From a virus (Duplodnaviria; Heunggongvirae; Uroviricota; Caudoviricetes), in the IMG/VR virus record IMGVR_UViG_3300023184_000047, positions 34,057 to 98,056 of that record: a stretch of 64,000 nt of DNA; one strand, 5' to 3'. Position 1 is the stretch's first letter. Each line of letters opens with the position of its first letter. Below the pieces are notes generated by a model. That model was given only the letters and a program-made list of their open reading frames with translations, ran no database searches and was not told the origin of the DNA. Shown here one piece after another: positions 25,249 through 34,883 of this stretch. Position numbers and translations under genes: made by a program.

Positions 25249-25770
25249 ATGAGTAAGATGTCAACTTTAATGATTCCTCTTTTAAAGGAAATTCTAATGA
25301 AAGAAGTTGGGGAAGCAAATATTCTCCCACTTCCTTTTACTAGGGCTTTTAAAAATAGGTATAAAGCTTTAGTAGATATTGGAGACTATACTGAGACTAT
25401 TACTGTAGATTTTGAAGATTTACATGATCTGAGTGTATCGGATGCTGAAAGACAATACTACCTGCCTAATTTTTTAGTAGATCTTCCTAGAACTTATAAT
25501 GTAGGGTACGATGTTGGAGGAAGTACAACACAGTTACAGAAAGCTGATATAAAAACTTTATTAACCATACTATCAACTGTAACTGCAATTGTAAAAGATT
25601 TTATAGCATCTGAAGATCCAAATGCACTTTATACAGAAGCTACAGAGAAACAGGAAGGAAAGATTCAAAAATCCAATCTATACAAAGCATACATTCTTCA
25701 GCAACTAAAAACAATTCCAGGATATCAAGCTGAATCTAGGAGAGAAGGAGAATTAATTTTTAAAAAATAA
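25249..25770 (+). CDS. hypothetical protein
   Basis: ORF, co-oriented. Confidence 0.4.
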   Translation: MSKMSTLMIPLLKEILMKEVGEANILPLPFTRAFKNRYKALVDIGDYTETITVDFEDLHDLSVSDAERQYYLPNFLVDLPRTYNVGYDVGGSTTQLQKADIKTLLTILSTVTAIVKDFIASEDPNALYTEATEKQEGKIQKSNLYKAYILQQLKTIPGYQAESRREGELIFKK

Positions 25771-25779
25771 TTAACAAAA

Positions 25780-25805
25780 AGCTTGCTTCGGTGAGCTTTT
25801 TTTCG
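25780..25805 (+). terminator. rho-independent terminator
   Basis: agcttgc-TTCG-gtgagct hairpin plus T8, directly followed by a class-A motif at 25802. Confidence 0.55.
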
Positions 25806-25836
25806 TATATTTAAGTATAAATCAAAAATAAAAGTT

Positions 25837-26181
25837 ATGTTTTCAAAATTATTCAAATACAAACCAACCGAGCAAGAACAACAATTTATAGATATTGTTA
25901 CAAAACTCTTAGAACATCCTAAAACATCTTTAAGGATGACACCGCTTACAGATAAGTATTTTCTTATCAATGAGCAGAAACATTATTATATTTTACTTCA
26001 GAATAGCGGAATTCAGTTAACAAATACTAAATTCTCTTTTTGTAAATCAATTCATCCAAAAGCATATGATATGGTTATAAAAAATATTCATGCACATATA
26101 GAAGTAAACAGACAGATTCTAGAGGATAAACTGTTTAAGAACGAAACAACTATGCTGGATACAGTATTAAATAATTTATAA
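25837..26181 (+). CDS. hypothetical protein
   Basis: ORF, co-oriented. Confidence 0.4.
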   Translation: MFSKLFKYKPTEQEQQFIDIVTKLLEHPKTSLRMTPLTDKYFLINEQKHYYILLQNSGIQLTNTKFSFCKSIHPKAYDMVIKNIHAHIEVNRQILEDKLFKNETTMLDTVLNNL

Positions 26182-26182
26182 A

Positions 26183-26413
26183 ATGGGGCAAATAATAAAC
26201 GAATACCTAGCATCAGCCGTTGTAAATGGTAATGAAATTAGATTAGTAACAAGAGATAGTAGATACTTTATTCATTGGGGTGAAGAAGGTATGATAAAAG
26301 CAGTACAGGAATTACTGACAGTAGAAGGAAATCCCGCAAAAGAACCGGAAGCCATCAGACAATTCTTAGAAGCAACAGAAGCAGCACAATATTTAAAATT
26401 TCATGAACAATAA
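26183..26413 (+). CDS. hypothetical protein
   Basis: ORF. Confidence 0.35.
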   Translation: MGQIINEYLASAVVNGNEIRLVTRDSRYFIHWGEEGMIKAVQELLTVEGNPAKEPEAIRQFLEATEAAQYLKFHEQ

Positions 26414-26625
26414 TGGCATCACTAACAGACAACAAGTACGATGTATACAATTGGATTACTAAAGTAATTGATTCTTGTAATAATTACCATCACTTCAGAG
26501 CTGCGGGTAACCTTATAACAAACTTTGATAAGGCATATGATGATTGGCAATTGACAGGAAAGTTAAGAGGTTATTCAAGTGACAAGTACTATACTACAAA
26601 AGATAAACAATTACTAAAAGGATAA
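26413..26625 (+). CDS. hypothetical protein
   Basis: ORF. Confidence 0.35.
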   Translation: MASLTDNKYDVYNWITKVIDSCNNYHHFRAAGNLITNFDKAYDDWQLTGKLRGYSSDKYYTTKDKQLLKG

Positions 26626-26847
26626 ATTATGAAAAAGGATTACACAAAAGCAATTATATGGACTACATTATGTGTTATTACAGTAATGATTTGGTCTTTA
26701 ATTTATTATTTATTTAATTATTAATCATGGAAAAAGAAAAAAAAGTAAAAGAACAAAAACCATTTTGGGAATTAGGATTAAACCCTATAACTATGTGGGA
26801 ACCAGTTAGAGATAATTATCTAGATACTCAAAACAAAACCAAAAAAT

Positions 26848-27072
26848 ATGTCCAAAATTCAGAAGATTGATATGAATGATACGATAAAAGACTTATTTGA
26901 TCTGAAAAATAGACAAATAAACAAACTACAAGAAGACTTGCATCAAGCTCAAAATCAAATAACTCAATTAGAGACTTATATATTTGAGCTATGTGATAAA
27001 GAATGTCCTAGTAGTTATAAGGATGTGATTAAAAAGGAAGTATTTAAACATTTAAAAATATACAATGGATAG
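26848..27072 (+). CDS. hypothetical protein
   Basis: ORF. Confidence 0.35.
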   Translation: MSKIQKIDMNDTIKDLFDLKNRQINKLQEDLHQAQNQITQLETYIFELCDKECPSSYKDVIKKEVFKHLKIYNG

Positions 27073-27274
27073 TATAGTAAGAAGTGTTATAGATAAATTC
27101 ATAAACAGAGCTGAATTTGGAAAGAAAAAATATGGTACTGATTTAGATCGTACTGATTTAGATTTGGAAGCATATTTAGAACATGCTTTAGAGGAACATA
27201 TGGATGCTATTCTGTATTTAACCAAAGCATTAAAATTAGAAAGAGAAAAAAAAGAGCAAGAAAAGCTTGGTTAA
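27065..27274 (+). CDS. hypothetical protein
   Basis: ORF. Confidence 0.35.
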   Translation: MDSIVRSVIDKFINRAEFGKKKYGTDLDRTDLDLEAYLEHALEEHMDAILYLTKALKLEREKKEQEKLG

Positions 27275-27284
27275 TGGATTCTTC

Positions 27285-27311
27285 CATCGTAATTTTATAG
27301 CATAATTTAAA
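27285..27311 (+). promoter_or_regulatory. class-B conserved promoter-like motif TCGTAATTTTATAGCATAATTTAAAA
   Basis: ggattcttccaTCGTAATTTTATAGCATAATTTAAAA is nearly identical over about 36 nt to 35741..35778. Related copies at 5431, 29105, 37030, 37631, 38055, 38973, 39281, 39654, 40579 and 40891. Confidence 0.45.
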
Positions 27312-27323
27312 ACATTAAAGGTT

Positions 27324-28115
27324 ATGAAAATCACAAATCAAAGAATTCCCATGGTACTTCCAGAAGTACAGGCAGTTTGCCCAAGTGCGTTCACAACAAC
27401 TGTAGCGCCTCATTTATCATCAAATTATACTCACATTCCTACTTCACAGGTAGTAATGGATATGATTGAATTAGGTTGGACACCGGTTAGTGCCCAAGAA
27501 GTCAGATCCCGTAAATCAGCAGGATTTCAAAAACACATCATTCGATTCCAAAATCAAAACATTACCATTAATGGTGCTAATGATGATAACGTGTTTCCTG
27601 AATTACTGTTAACTAATTCACACGATGGTAAAAATGCATTTCATTTACGAGTAGGATTATATAGAACAGTATGTTCTAATGGTCTAGTAGTTGCGGATGC
27701 TGAATTTAGTAATGTAGCAATTCGTCACTCGGGTTATACATTTGAAGAATTACGTGCTCAAGTATTGGCAATGATTGAAACATTACCTAACTTAGTAAAC
27801 AAAATCAATACATTTAGAGACATTTCATTGTCAGATGAGCAACAAATCGAATTTGCTTTAAGAGCTGCTCAATTAAGATGGAAAAGTCAAGACGTAACAA
27901 TAAATCCAGATGATCTATTATTAGCAGAGCGCAATTTAGATATGGGTTCAGATTTATGGGCTGTATTTAATAGAGTACAAGAGAAGTTAGTAAACGGTGG
28001 TATCAACTATAACAATGGTAGAAAAACACGTAAAGTACGAGCTTTAAGAAACTTCACCGCAGATATGCATTTCAATGGTGAATTATGGGAACTAGCAGAA
28101 GAATATATTAACTAA
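27324..28115 (+). CDS. hypothetical protein
   Basis: 263-aa ORF. Confidence 0.45.
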   Translation: MKITNQRIPMVLPEVQAVCPSAFTTTVAPHLSSNYTHIPTSQVVMDMIELGWTPVSAQEVRSRKSAGFQKHIIRFQNQNITINGANDDNVFPELLLTNSHDGKNAFHLRVGLYRTVCSNGLVVADAEFSNVAIRHSGYTFEELRAQVLAMIETLPNLVNKINTFRDISLSDEQQIEFALRAAQLRWKSQDVTINPDDLLLAERNLDMGSDLWAVFNRVQEKLVNGGINYNNGRKTRKVRALRNFTADMHFNGELWELAEEYIN

Positions 28116-28128
28116 AATAAAAATAAAC

Positions 28129-28377
28129 ATGGATATTTACGATCAATTATTAGAGATTCATTTGCAATTAGAGCATGATGAAATGTGGTTAACTGTTATT
28201 GAAGGTTACTTCGAAGAACATGAAGTAGACAATATGGATGACCTTGTAGACAAATTAGCTGAAGCTGAAATTGAAGGCACAGTTTATACTTTAATTAATG
28301 AAGGTGAAGACCTATTATCATTAAAGGATGCTGATGAATTGTGGTCTAATGATGATGACAGTTATGATGATTATTAA
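28129..28377 (+). CDS. small highly acidic protein (candidate DNA-mimic or anti-restriction protein)
   Basis: 82 aa, more than 35% Asp+Glu. C-terminus SNDDDSYDDY. Confidence 0.45.
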   Translation: MDIYDQLLEIHLQLEHDEMWLTVIEGYFEEHEVDNMDDLVDKLAEAEIEGTVYTLINEGEDLLSLKDADELWSNDDDSYDDY

Positions 28378-28395
28378 ATAATTAAGTAAAACATT

Positions 28396-28465
28396 AGCCA
28401 ATTGGTGTACTGGCGTACGCACCCGATCGTAAGGGCAAGGGTTGGTTCGATTCCAACATTGGCTT
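28396..28465 (+). tRNA. orphan tRNA-like gene with irregular anticodon arm
   Basis: Acceptor agccaat/attggct perfect. D-stem gtgt/acgc. T-arm gttgg-TTCGATT-ccaac perfect. Anticodon region ccc-gatcgtaa-ggg gives a 3-bp stem with an 8-nt loop; identity unclear (CGT or TCG). Confidence 0.4.
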
Positions 28466-28484
28466 CAAATAAAAACAATAAGTT

Positions 28485-29081
28485 ATGGCATTTATAAGAA
28501 AAGCAGCATTTAATTATGTAGAGTTAAAAGGGTTGCAACGTTATGTAAAAGATACTAAAGGCTTTATAGCTGGAGGGTGTTTTAAAGATCTATTTCAAGG
28601 TAAAAAAACTCGAGATGTTGATGTGTTCTTTGAAAACGAAGAAGATTATAACAACGCTGTAGAACTTTACAAAACTAAATCTAACTTCAAAGAGATATAT
28701 TCGAATGATAACTGTACTGGGTATAGGGATATTAAACGAAATATAGGAGTTGAACTAATCAAATCCATATTTGGAACCCCAGAAACAGTAATATCTCAAT
28801 TTGATTTTACAATAGTAAAAGCTGCCTATTTCAACCCACCGTCGGAAGAACAAGATATTCAATTCATATACCATTCTGATTTCTTTGAGCATTTAATGCT
28901 TAAGCGACTTGTTATAGATGATGGTATGCCTAAAGCTGTAGCAACATTAAATAGAACGTGGAAGTATGCTAAGTATGGGTTTGGGTTATGTAGAGAAAGT
29001 AAAATTAAATTAACCAATGAGGTTATAGAAAAAGGTGTAGTTGAAGATATTAATGGAGATTTATACTTTGGGTTTGATTAA
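28485..29081 (+). CDS. hypothetical protein
   Basis: 198-aa ORF. Confidence 0.45.
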   Translation: MAFIRKAAFNYVELKGLQRYVKDTKGFIAGGCFKDLFQGKKTRDVDVFFENEEDYNNAVELYKTKSNFKEIYSNDNCTGYRDIKRNIGVELIKSIFGTPETVISQFDFTIVKAAYFNPPSEEQDIQFIYHSDFFEHLMLKRLVIDDGMPKAVATLNRTWKYAKYGFGLCRESKIKLTNEVIEKGVVEDINGDLYFGFD

Positions 29082-29139
29082 TTTGGCTACTCGAATTCCC
29101 TTTCATACATTTATACAATAATTTAAAACAATAAAGGTT

Positions 29140-29442
29140 ATGGATAAACAAATCAAATCAGCAGCATATACACTTATATTCCTGTTAATATATTATTGGG
29201 CATCAAAAGGTATAGTCAAGTTGCTATTCAAAACAGATAATGAATATAGATTTGATGGTCGAGTCAAATTTATTAATTATTCTCTTGTACTATTTTCATT
29301 GTTCTACATTATAGGAATATATCACATAGTAGGACCATATCATACAGAAAGCTTTTATAAATACTTTGTAATACTCAATTTTATTTATTTAGCTGTAGGT
29401 AATTTATTTAATTCATTAATAATAAATAACTTTAAAAATTAA
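29140..29442 (+). CDS. membrane protein
   Basis: Three hydrophobic helices. Class-B-like motif upstream (29105). Confidence 0.45.
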   Translation: MDKQIKSAAYTLIFLLIYYWASKGIVKLLFKTDNEYRFDGRVKFINYSLVLFSLFYIIGIYHIVGPYHTESFYKYFVILNFIYLAVGNLFNSLIINNFKN

Positions 29443-29446
29443 TATC

Positions 29447-29725
29447 ATGATGAAACGTATCCAAATTGAATCAACATTAGCTAAAATAGCAAATGTAGTG
29501 TTTGAAACTAAAGATTTCAAATTAGCACAACAGACAGCAATTGATCATTTAACTGAAAGTAGTATTAAAGAATCTGATAAGTTAAAGATGATTAATGAAA
29601 TCTCTAAAGCTAAAAATCTACAACGTTTACAAACGTATTGTGCTAATGCTTTATTAAAGTATGAAGGGTTAGGTATAAGTAAACCACAACCAAACAAAAC
29701 AGAATCAGATGATAACGAAATATAA
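29447..29725 (+). CDS. hypothetical protein
   Basis: ORF. Confidence 0.35.
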   Translation: MMKRIQIESTLAKIANVVFETKDFKLAQQTAIDHLTESSIKESDKLKMINEISKAKNLQRLQTYCANALLKYEGLGISKPQPNKTESDDNEI

Positions 29726-29862
29726 AACTTTAGAAAAAGCTGTTTCCCATCAGTTAGATGAAGAAGTAGAACAACATCTTCAAGCAGGTTGGAAACTACA
29801 TGGTAATCAATATTACAATGGGTTCCGTTATATACAAGTAGTAATTTTATAAAAAATAAAAA

Positions 29863-30159
29863 ATGGAAAAATTAGTTTTGATTTTACTATTAGGTTTAGG
29901 AATGGCTTCATGCACAAATACTCCTACCGAGGTAAAGAATCCCAAAGAAGTAACAACAGTGGAGCTTCAGCAATTGGCAAGCATTGATTCAACTACTTAT
30001 AAGGTAGTTGAAAAGGATGATACAGTGTACGTAATGTCTATTAAGGACAATACGGTGGTAAAGAAAATAAATAATGATAGTGGAATTCGAGATACACTAG
30101 TTATAATAATACTAGTACTGTTTATAATAATATGGTTAATTATAATATTTAAAGACTAA
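29863..30159 (+). CDS. putative lipoprotein with C-terminal TM anchor
   Basis: N-terminal LLLGLGMASC lipobox-like. C-terminal LVIIILVLFIIIWLIIIF. Confidence 0.45.
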   Translation: MEKLVLILLLGLGMASCTNTPTEVKNPKEVTTVELQQLASIDSTTYKVVEKDDTVYVMSIKDNTVVKKINNDSGIRDTLVIIILVLFIIIWLIIIFKD

Positions 30160-30163
30160 TAAG

Positions 30164-30367
30164 ATGGAAAAATTAGGATTAGTATTAGGAGCATTTGGGT
30201 TAATATTATTGACAGCAATAATTATGGCTTGGCCAACACAACTACTTTGGAACTACTCACTTGTAGGAGCTGTAAATGGAATTAATTCAATTGGATTTTG
30301 GCAAGCATTAGGAATTAATTTCTTGTTTGGAATATTATTTAAAAATTCAAGTTCAAATAGTAAGTAA
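30164..30367 (+). CDS. small membrane protein
   Basis: Two TM helices. Confidence 0.4.
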   Translation: MEKLGLVLGAFGLILLTAIIMAWPTQLLWNYSLVGAVNGINSIGFWQALGINFLFGILFKNSSSNSK

Positions 30368-30368
30368 G

Positions 30369-30647
30369 ATGAAGACAACAACAATTTTAAAGACAATTGG
30401 ATTTTTTATAGGATGGTTATTATCCTTCCAATTGATAGGTGTGGGGACACATTTAATGAGTCAACCAAGTAACATATCATTCACATTTGGAATGCTAGTT
30501 ACAGTGTTAACATTTGGAACTATATTTTATTTCGCTTGGAACACAGGCGGATATATGGCTAAACTGTTAAGAGAATATACAGAGAGTAAAGAAGTTAAAC
30601 AAGAAGTAGAAGAAGAAGTTAAACAAGATAAACAAGAAGAATTATGA
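30369..30647 (+). CDS. small membrane protein
   Basis: Start moved to MKTTTILKT. TM helices, then an acidic KQEVEEEVKQDKQEEL tail. Confidence 0.4.
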   Translation: MKTTTILKTIGFFIGWLLSFQLIGVGTHLMSQPSNISFTFGMLVTVLTFGTIFYFAWNTGGYMAKLLREYTESKEVKQEVEEEVKQDKQEEL

Positions 30648-31003
30648 TATTGTTAATAGTTTTGCTAATAATAGCATTAATTATATTCTCAATAGTAATA
30701 GGAGTATTTTTAATGGAGAATGACGGTATAGTGAATGATCAACTTATAACAGAGTATTTAGATAATATAGGGAGTAATTTTTCAATTTATCATTCTGAAT
30801 ATAATCATAGTTTAAATCCTAACTACCCAGCGAAGGTGAGAAGAACCATTTATAAATCTCCTCAAGTAATTAGATTAGTTTTCCCATATTATATAGAGTA
30901 TGTAGGAGCAATTCCAACCTGGAGTAAATCAAAACCTAGGCTTGACGCAATGTTTGGTACAGGAGTAAAGACTGATTGGAGGAGAGAAAAGTTAGGTTTG
31001 TAG
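30644..31003 (+). CDS. membrane protein
   Basis: N-terminal TM segment ILLIVLLIIALIIFSIVIGVFL. Confidence 0.4.
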   Translation: MILLIVLLIIALIIFSIVIGVFLMENDGIVNDQLITEYLDNIGSNFSIYHSEYNHSLNPNYPAKVRRTIYKSPQVIRLVFPYYIEYVGAIPTWSKSKPRLDAMFGTGVKTDWRREKLGL

Positions 31004-31011
31004 AAATAAAT

Positions 31012-31031
31012 TTCGTATATTTAAGTATTAT
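31012..31031 (+). promoter_or_regulatory. class-A promoter-like motif
   Basis: aaaTTTCGTATATTTAAGTATTATTaattt. Confidence 0.45.
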
Positions 31032-31051
31032 TAATTTAAAATAAAAGATTT

Positions 31052-31543
31052 ATGAATTACACAGAATTATTTTATTGGCTCACAGTAGCCGATAATGCAA
31101 GAGTTATGTTTAAAGTAGGGTTAATTATCTTTACAGGTGTGGTAGTTATTTCAACAGCAGTTAATTTTGTCTGTAGAGGTAATGGTGAGGATGAAGCAGC
31201 AGTGCAGGCTAGGAAATGGATGTGGTGGTCTTATCCGTTTGCATTTTTATTCTGGAGTTTATTTATATTTACTCCAAGTAAGAAAGATGCATTACTAATT
31301 GTAGCAGGAGGACAGACAATGAATTTCTTAACAACAGATAAAAGTGCTAAACAAATTCCGCATGAATTATCTACATTTATTGTGACAGAATTAAAAAATA
31401 TGGCATCTGAAGCTAAAGTTGATTTGAATATTAAGGATCAAAAAGAAAAAATATTAGACGAAGCAAAAAATATGTCAGCTAAAGAGTTGATGGACAAAAT
31501 GAAGGTGGACACTACCTTCGCAAAAATAGTGTTAGACAAATAA
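31052..31543 (+). CDS. membrane protein
   Basis: Two or three N-terminal TM helices. Confidence 0.4.
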   Translation: MNYTELFYWLTVADNARVMFKVGLIIFTGVVVISTAVNFVCRGNGEDEAAVQARKWMWWSYPFAFLFWSLFIFTPSKKDALLIVAGGQTMNFLTTDKSAKQIPHELSTFIVTELKNMASEAKVDLNIKDQKEKILDEAKNMSAKELMDKMKVDTTFAKIVLDK

Positions 31544-31579
31544 AAATAAACAATTAAATTAATTTAAACAAAAGTAGTT

Positions 31580-32437
31580 ATGAACAGAATTTTAGTAGGA
31601 TTAGCATTAGTATTGTTAACATTAGGATTAGCAGGATCATGTAAAATTGCCGATTCGGCAGAAGTAGCATTAGTAGTAGATCAAATTGGAACCAATAAAG
31701 GAGTTCCCAACATTGAAATGGCAAGTGGATTTATTTTCTATTTCCCACCAACACAGGATGTATTTATGTATCCAACATCAGTACAACATAAGGTGTGGAC
31801 AGCATCAATAGATGAAGATTCACCAACAGATGAACATATTGATGTAACATCAGCGGATGGAGCCACATTTGGGTTAGATGTATCTATTAATTTACAGTTA
31901 CAAAGAGCAAGAGCAGCTGAGTTATTTATTAAGTATAGAGTTGATATGGAAGATCTAATTAATTCAAGAGTAAGAACAATAGTTAGAAAAGAATTATTAG
32001 ACAATGCAGTTAGTTTCGCTTCAGATAGTTTATTACAACATAGAAACATATATGAAGGTAATGTAACAAAATCTTTAACAGCTTCTTTAGAGAAGGAAGG
32101 ATTTACATTAAATAACATTGCAATACTTAAAATGCAATTACCAGCCTCATATAAAGCAGCCATTGAAAGAAAGATTGCAGTATTACAAGAAACAGCAACC
32201 ATTATCTCTCAAACAAAGCAAGCTGAACAAACAGCATTGAAGAAAGTAGCATTAGCTAAAGGTAATTTTGAAGCAGCACAATATGATGCTAAAACAAAAG
32301 AAATCTTATCTCAGCCTAAGTTATTAGAACTGTATAGAGCAGAGACAGAGAGAATAAGAGCTACAAATGGTACATCAGAGTATGGATCTAATAACGTATT
32401 CGGTTCAGCATCCGGAATATTATTAAATAGAAACTAG
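31580..32437 (+). CDS. SPFH/band-7 (stomatin/prohibitin/HflC-like) domain membrane protein
   Basis: N-terminal anchor, then the segment YKAAIERKIAVLQETATIISQTKQAEQTALKKVALAKGNFEAAQYDAKTKEILSQ that is typical of the SPFH coiled-coil region. Confidence 0.45.
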   Translation: MNRILVGLALVLLTLGLAGSCKIADSAEVALVVDQIGTNKGVPNIEMASGFIFYFPPTQDVFMYPTSVQHKVWTASIDEDSPTDEHIDVTSADGATFGLDVSINLQLQRARAAELFIKYRVDMEDLINSRVRTIVRKELLDNAVSFASDSLLQHRNIYEGNVTKSLTASLEKEGFTLNNIAILKMQLPASYKAAIERKIAVLQETATIISQTKQAEQTALKKVALAKGNFEAAQYDAKTKEILSQPKLLELYRAETERIRATNGTSEYGSNNVFGSASGILLNRN

Positions 32438-32457
32438 AAATAAAATATTTGATTGAA

Positions 32458-32482
32458 GGCTTGCTAACGCGAGCCTTTTTTC
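32458..32482 (+). terminator. rho-independent terminator
   Basis: ggcttgc-taac-gcgagcc hairpin plus T6. Confidence 0.55.
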
Positions 32483-32505
32483 ATATCTTTATAAAAAAGT
32501 TAAAT

Positions 32506-32709
32506 ATGGCAGGATTATTTGATATGATGGATGATGCTATCGCACACGAATTAGGAGTTGATCTTTATACTTACATTAAGATAATAGATCATAAATGTAC
32601 TGACGAAGAAGCAAACTTTATTATTCTAACTATTATGGAGGAAGATGTTGATAATTTAGAAAAAGCAAAACAAATTTTTAATAAGTATTTAGATGAACAA
32701 CCTAGATAA
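32506..32709 (+). CDS. hypothetical small acidic protein
   Basis: Start set at MAGLFDMMDD. Stop overlaps the thyA start. Confidence 0.35.
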   Translation: MAGLFDMMDDAIAHELGVDLYTYIKIIDHKCTDEEANFIILTIMEEDVDNLEKAKQIFNKYLDEQPR

Positions 32710-33766
32710 ACAATACACAGACCTTCTTCAAGACATTCTTGACAACGGAACCCCTAAATCTGACCGTACTGGAACTGGTACAATCTCAGTATTCGGAAGA
32801 CAAATACGTCACAATATGAAAGATGGTTTTCCTTTACTTACAACTAAGAAAATGCCATTTAAAACAATCGTAACAGAACTACTTTGGTTCTTACGAGGTG
32901 ATACCAACATTAAGTATTTAGTTGATAATAATTGTCATATTTGGGATGGTGATGCTTATAAGAATTATGTAAATAAAACAAATGAAGATATTTTTAAATC
33001 TGATATAACCCTACCACCTTCTTATTATCCAATAGATAAAGATAAATTCATTAACAAAATCAAAACAGATGATGAGTTTGCTAAGAAGTGGGGTGAGTTA
33101 GGTCCAATTTATGGTAAGCAATGGAGAAAATGGGATATAAAACCTACTATAAATTCAGAAACAGGTGAATTCTTACTTGGGAATATGTGGGTAGACCAAA
33201 TCCAAAACCTAATCAACGACCTTAAAACAAATCCAGACTCAAGACGATTGATGGTAAATGCTTGGAATGTTGGAGAATTAGACCAAATGGTTCTTCCACC
33301 TTGTCATTATGGATTTCAAGTTTATACAAGAGAGTTGAGCGTAGTAGAACGTATGGAATATTATGGTAAACATTATATGAAAGATAACCAGGCAAAATCG
33401 TATGATGAATTACTTAAAGTTGATTACGACAAGTTAAACATTCCAACCAGAGCAATCTCTTTAATGTGGAATCAACGTTCAGTAGATACATTTTTGGGTT
33501 TACCATTCAACATTGCTTCTTATGGATTATTACTAATGATGTTAGCTGATGAAGTTAATATGGTTCCTGACCAATTGATTGGTAGCTTAGGAGATGTTCA
33601 TTTATATTCAAATCATATTGAACAAGCCAAAGAGCAAATCGAAAGAGAAGGATTTGATTTACCAAAAGTTCATGTTAGGGATGGAATGTATTGTTCCTCA
33701 ATACAAGATATCTTACTACTGGATTATCAATCACATCCAGCAATTAAAGCACCATTAAGTAATTAA
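32693..33766 (+). CDS. thyA: thymidylate synthase (ThyA) with about 40-aa internal insertion
   Basis: DRTGTGTISVFG, FPLLTTKK and LLWFLRGDTN motifs. Catalytic LPPCHYGFQVY. SVDTFLGLPFNIASYGLLLMMLA. An extra segment VVERMEYYGKHYMKDNQAKSYDELLKVDYDKLNIPTRAI lies between the conserved blocks. Confidence 0.85.
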   Translation: MNNLDKQYTDLLQDILDNGTPKSDRTGTGTISVFGRQIRHNMKDGFPLLTTKKMPFKTIVTELLWFLRGDTNIKYLVDNNCHIWDGDAYKNYVNKTNEDIFKSDITLPPSYYPIDKDKFINKIKTDDEFAKKWGELGPIYGKQWRKWDIKPTINSETGEFLLGNMWVDQIQNLINDLKTNPDSRRLMVNAWNVGELDQMVLPPCHYGFQVYTRELSVVERMEYYGKHYMKDNQAKSYDELLKVDYDKLNIPTRAISLMWNQRSVDTFLGLPFNIASYGLLLMMLADEVNMVPDQLIGSLGDVHLYSNHIEQAKEQIEREGFDLPKVHVRDGMYCSSIQDILLLDYQSHPAIKAPLSN

Positions 33767-33767
33767 T

Positions 33768-34106
33768 ATGAATTTTATAACAGGATTGCTATATGGAATA
33801 CTAGCACAGATATTTACCTTCATACAATTACAAGGACAGTTTAGATGGGAGTGGGCAAAGTCTCATCCATTCATGATGTCTCTTATGGGTGTTCCTATTT
33901 CACTTTTATATTTAGGATCAGTAAAACATTTAGTATCACATTTTGAAGGTCAGCTTTGGCCTTCACGTCTATTGGGATTTGCTATAGGGGCAATAGTATT
34001 TACCATAATGTCTTGGATGTGGTTCAGAGAGCCTTTATCTTTAAAAACTTTAATCTGCCTAGCATTAGCACTTTGTATAATGGGTATACAGCTTTTTATG
34101 AAATGA
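33768..34106 (+). CDS. membrane protein
   Basis: Four predicted TM helices. Confidence 0.45.
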   Translation: MNFITGLLYGILAQIFTFIQLQGQFRWEWAKSHPFMMSLMGVPISLLYLGSVKHLVSHFEGQLWPSRLLGFAIGAIVFTIMSWMWFREPLSLKTLICLALALCIMGIQLFMK

Positions 34107-34414
34107 TGAACAAAGAAGAGAGGTTACAGGTATTAAAAGATGCTCATCAAAAATATGTTGATTGGTGGATGCCAATAGATGTTGCAGCAGGATCTATTAT
34201 GGGAGCTATGTGTCGTCATAGGTTCTATGAATCTCTCCTAACTTATGAAGGAGGATGGGGAGGAGTAGAGGGTCAACGAATTGACAATTGGTGGAACGGG
34301 TGGTTAGGCGAGTACATTTCAATTGCAGATAAGACTAAAATGAAACAATTTATATTGAAATTGGTAATAGAACACTATAAAGGAATAGTAGATTTAAACA
34401 AAAAAGATGAGTAA
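34103..34414 (+). CDS. hypothetical protein
   Basis: Start moved to the in-frame ATG that overlaps the upstream stop (ATGATGA). The ORF-track start at 33956 would overlap the membrane protein gene. Confidence 0.4.
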   Translation: MMNKEERLQVLKDAHQKYVDWWMPIDVAAGSIMGAMCRHRFYESLLTYEGGWGGVEGQRIDNWWNGWLGEYISIADKTKMKQFILKLVIEHYKGIVDLNKKDE

Positions 34415-34883
34415 ACTAGAAACATGTCATCACTGCGGTGAACAAAAAGAGAATTGCTATCACGGATACTTAGCAATGTGTATTCCTATTCCTGAAGCAG
34501 AAGAAAAAATTGAGAAGTGGAATTTGATTGATGCTTATAAGAATTATAAAAAGGCTTTTAATGAAGGGAAGGTTGGCGGTTTATCACCAATGATGAAAGG
34601 AGTACCTGACAGGATTATTCCAGAAGAACTTTTTATAGAAATGATTAAAAATTGTAATGAACTAGGTTCAGAAGAGTTCTCAAAAAAATGGTTTACTAGA
34701 ACTTGGTGGAAGAATTTAGAAAGAGAAGATCTTACTGAAGAAGAAATGAAAGAACTAGATGACTTAACAACATATGATCAATTACTAAACACAGTTGGAC
34801 GAGGAGTACAATGTGATGATTGTGGAAGAAAAGAATCAGAACTCTATAGAAAATACTATCCGGAACAATATAAGTCCGAATAA
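34407..34883 (+). CDS. hypothetical protein
   Basis: ORF. Confidence 0.4.
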   Translation: MSKLETCHHCGEQKENCYHGYLAMCIPIPEAEEKIEKWNLIDAYKNYKKAFNEGKVGGLSPMMKGVPDRIIPEELFIEMIKNCNELGSEEFSKKWFTRTWWKNLEREDLTEEEMKELDDLTTYDQLLNTVGRGVQCDDCGRKESELYRKYYPEQYKSE

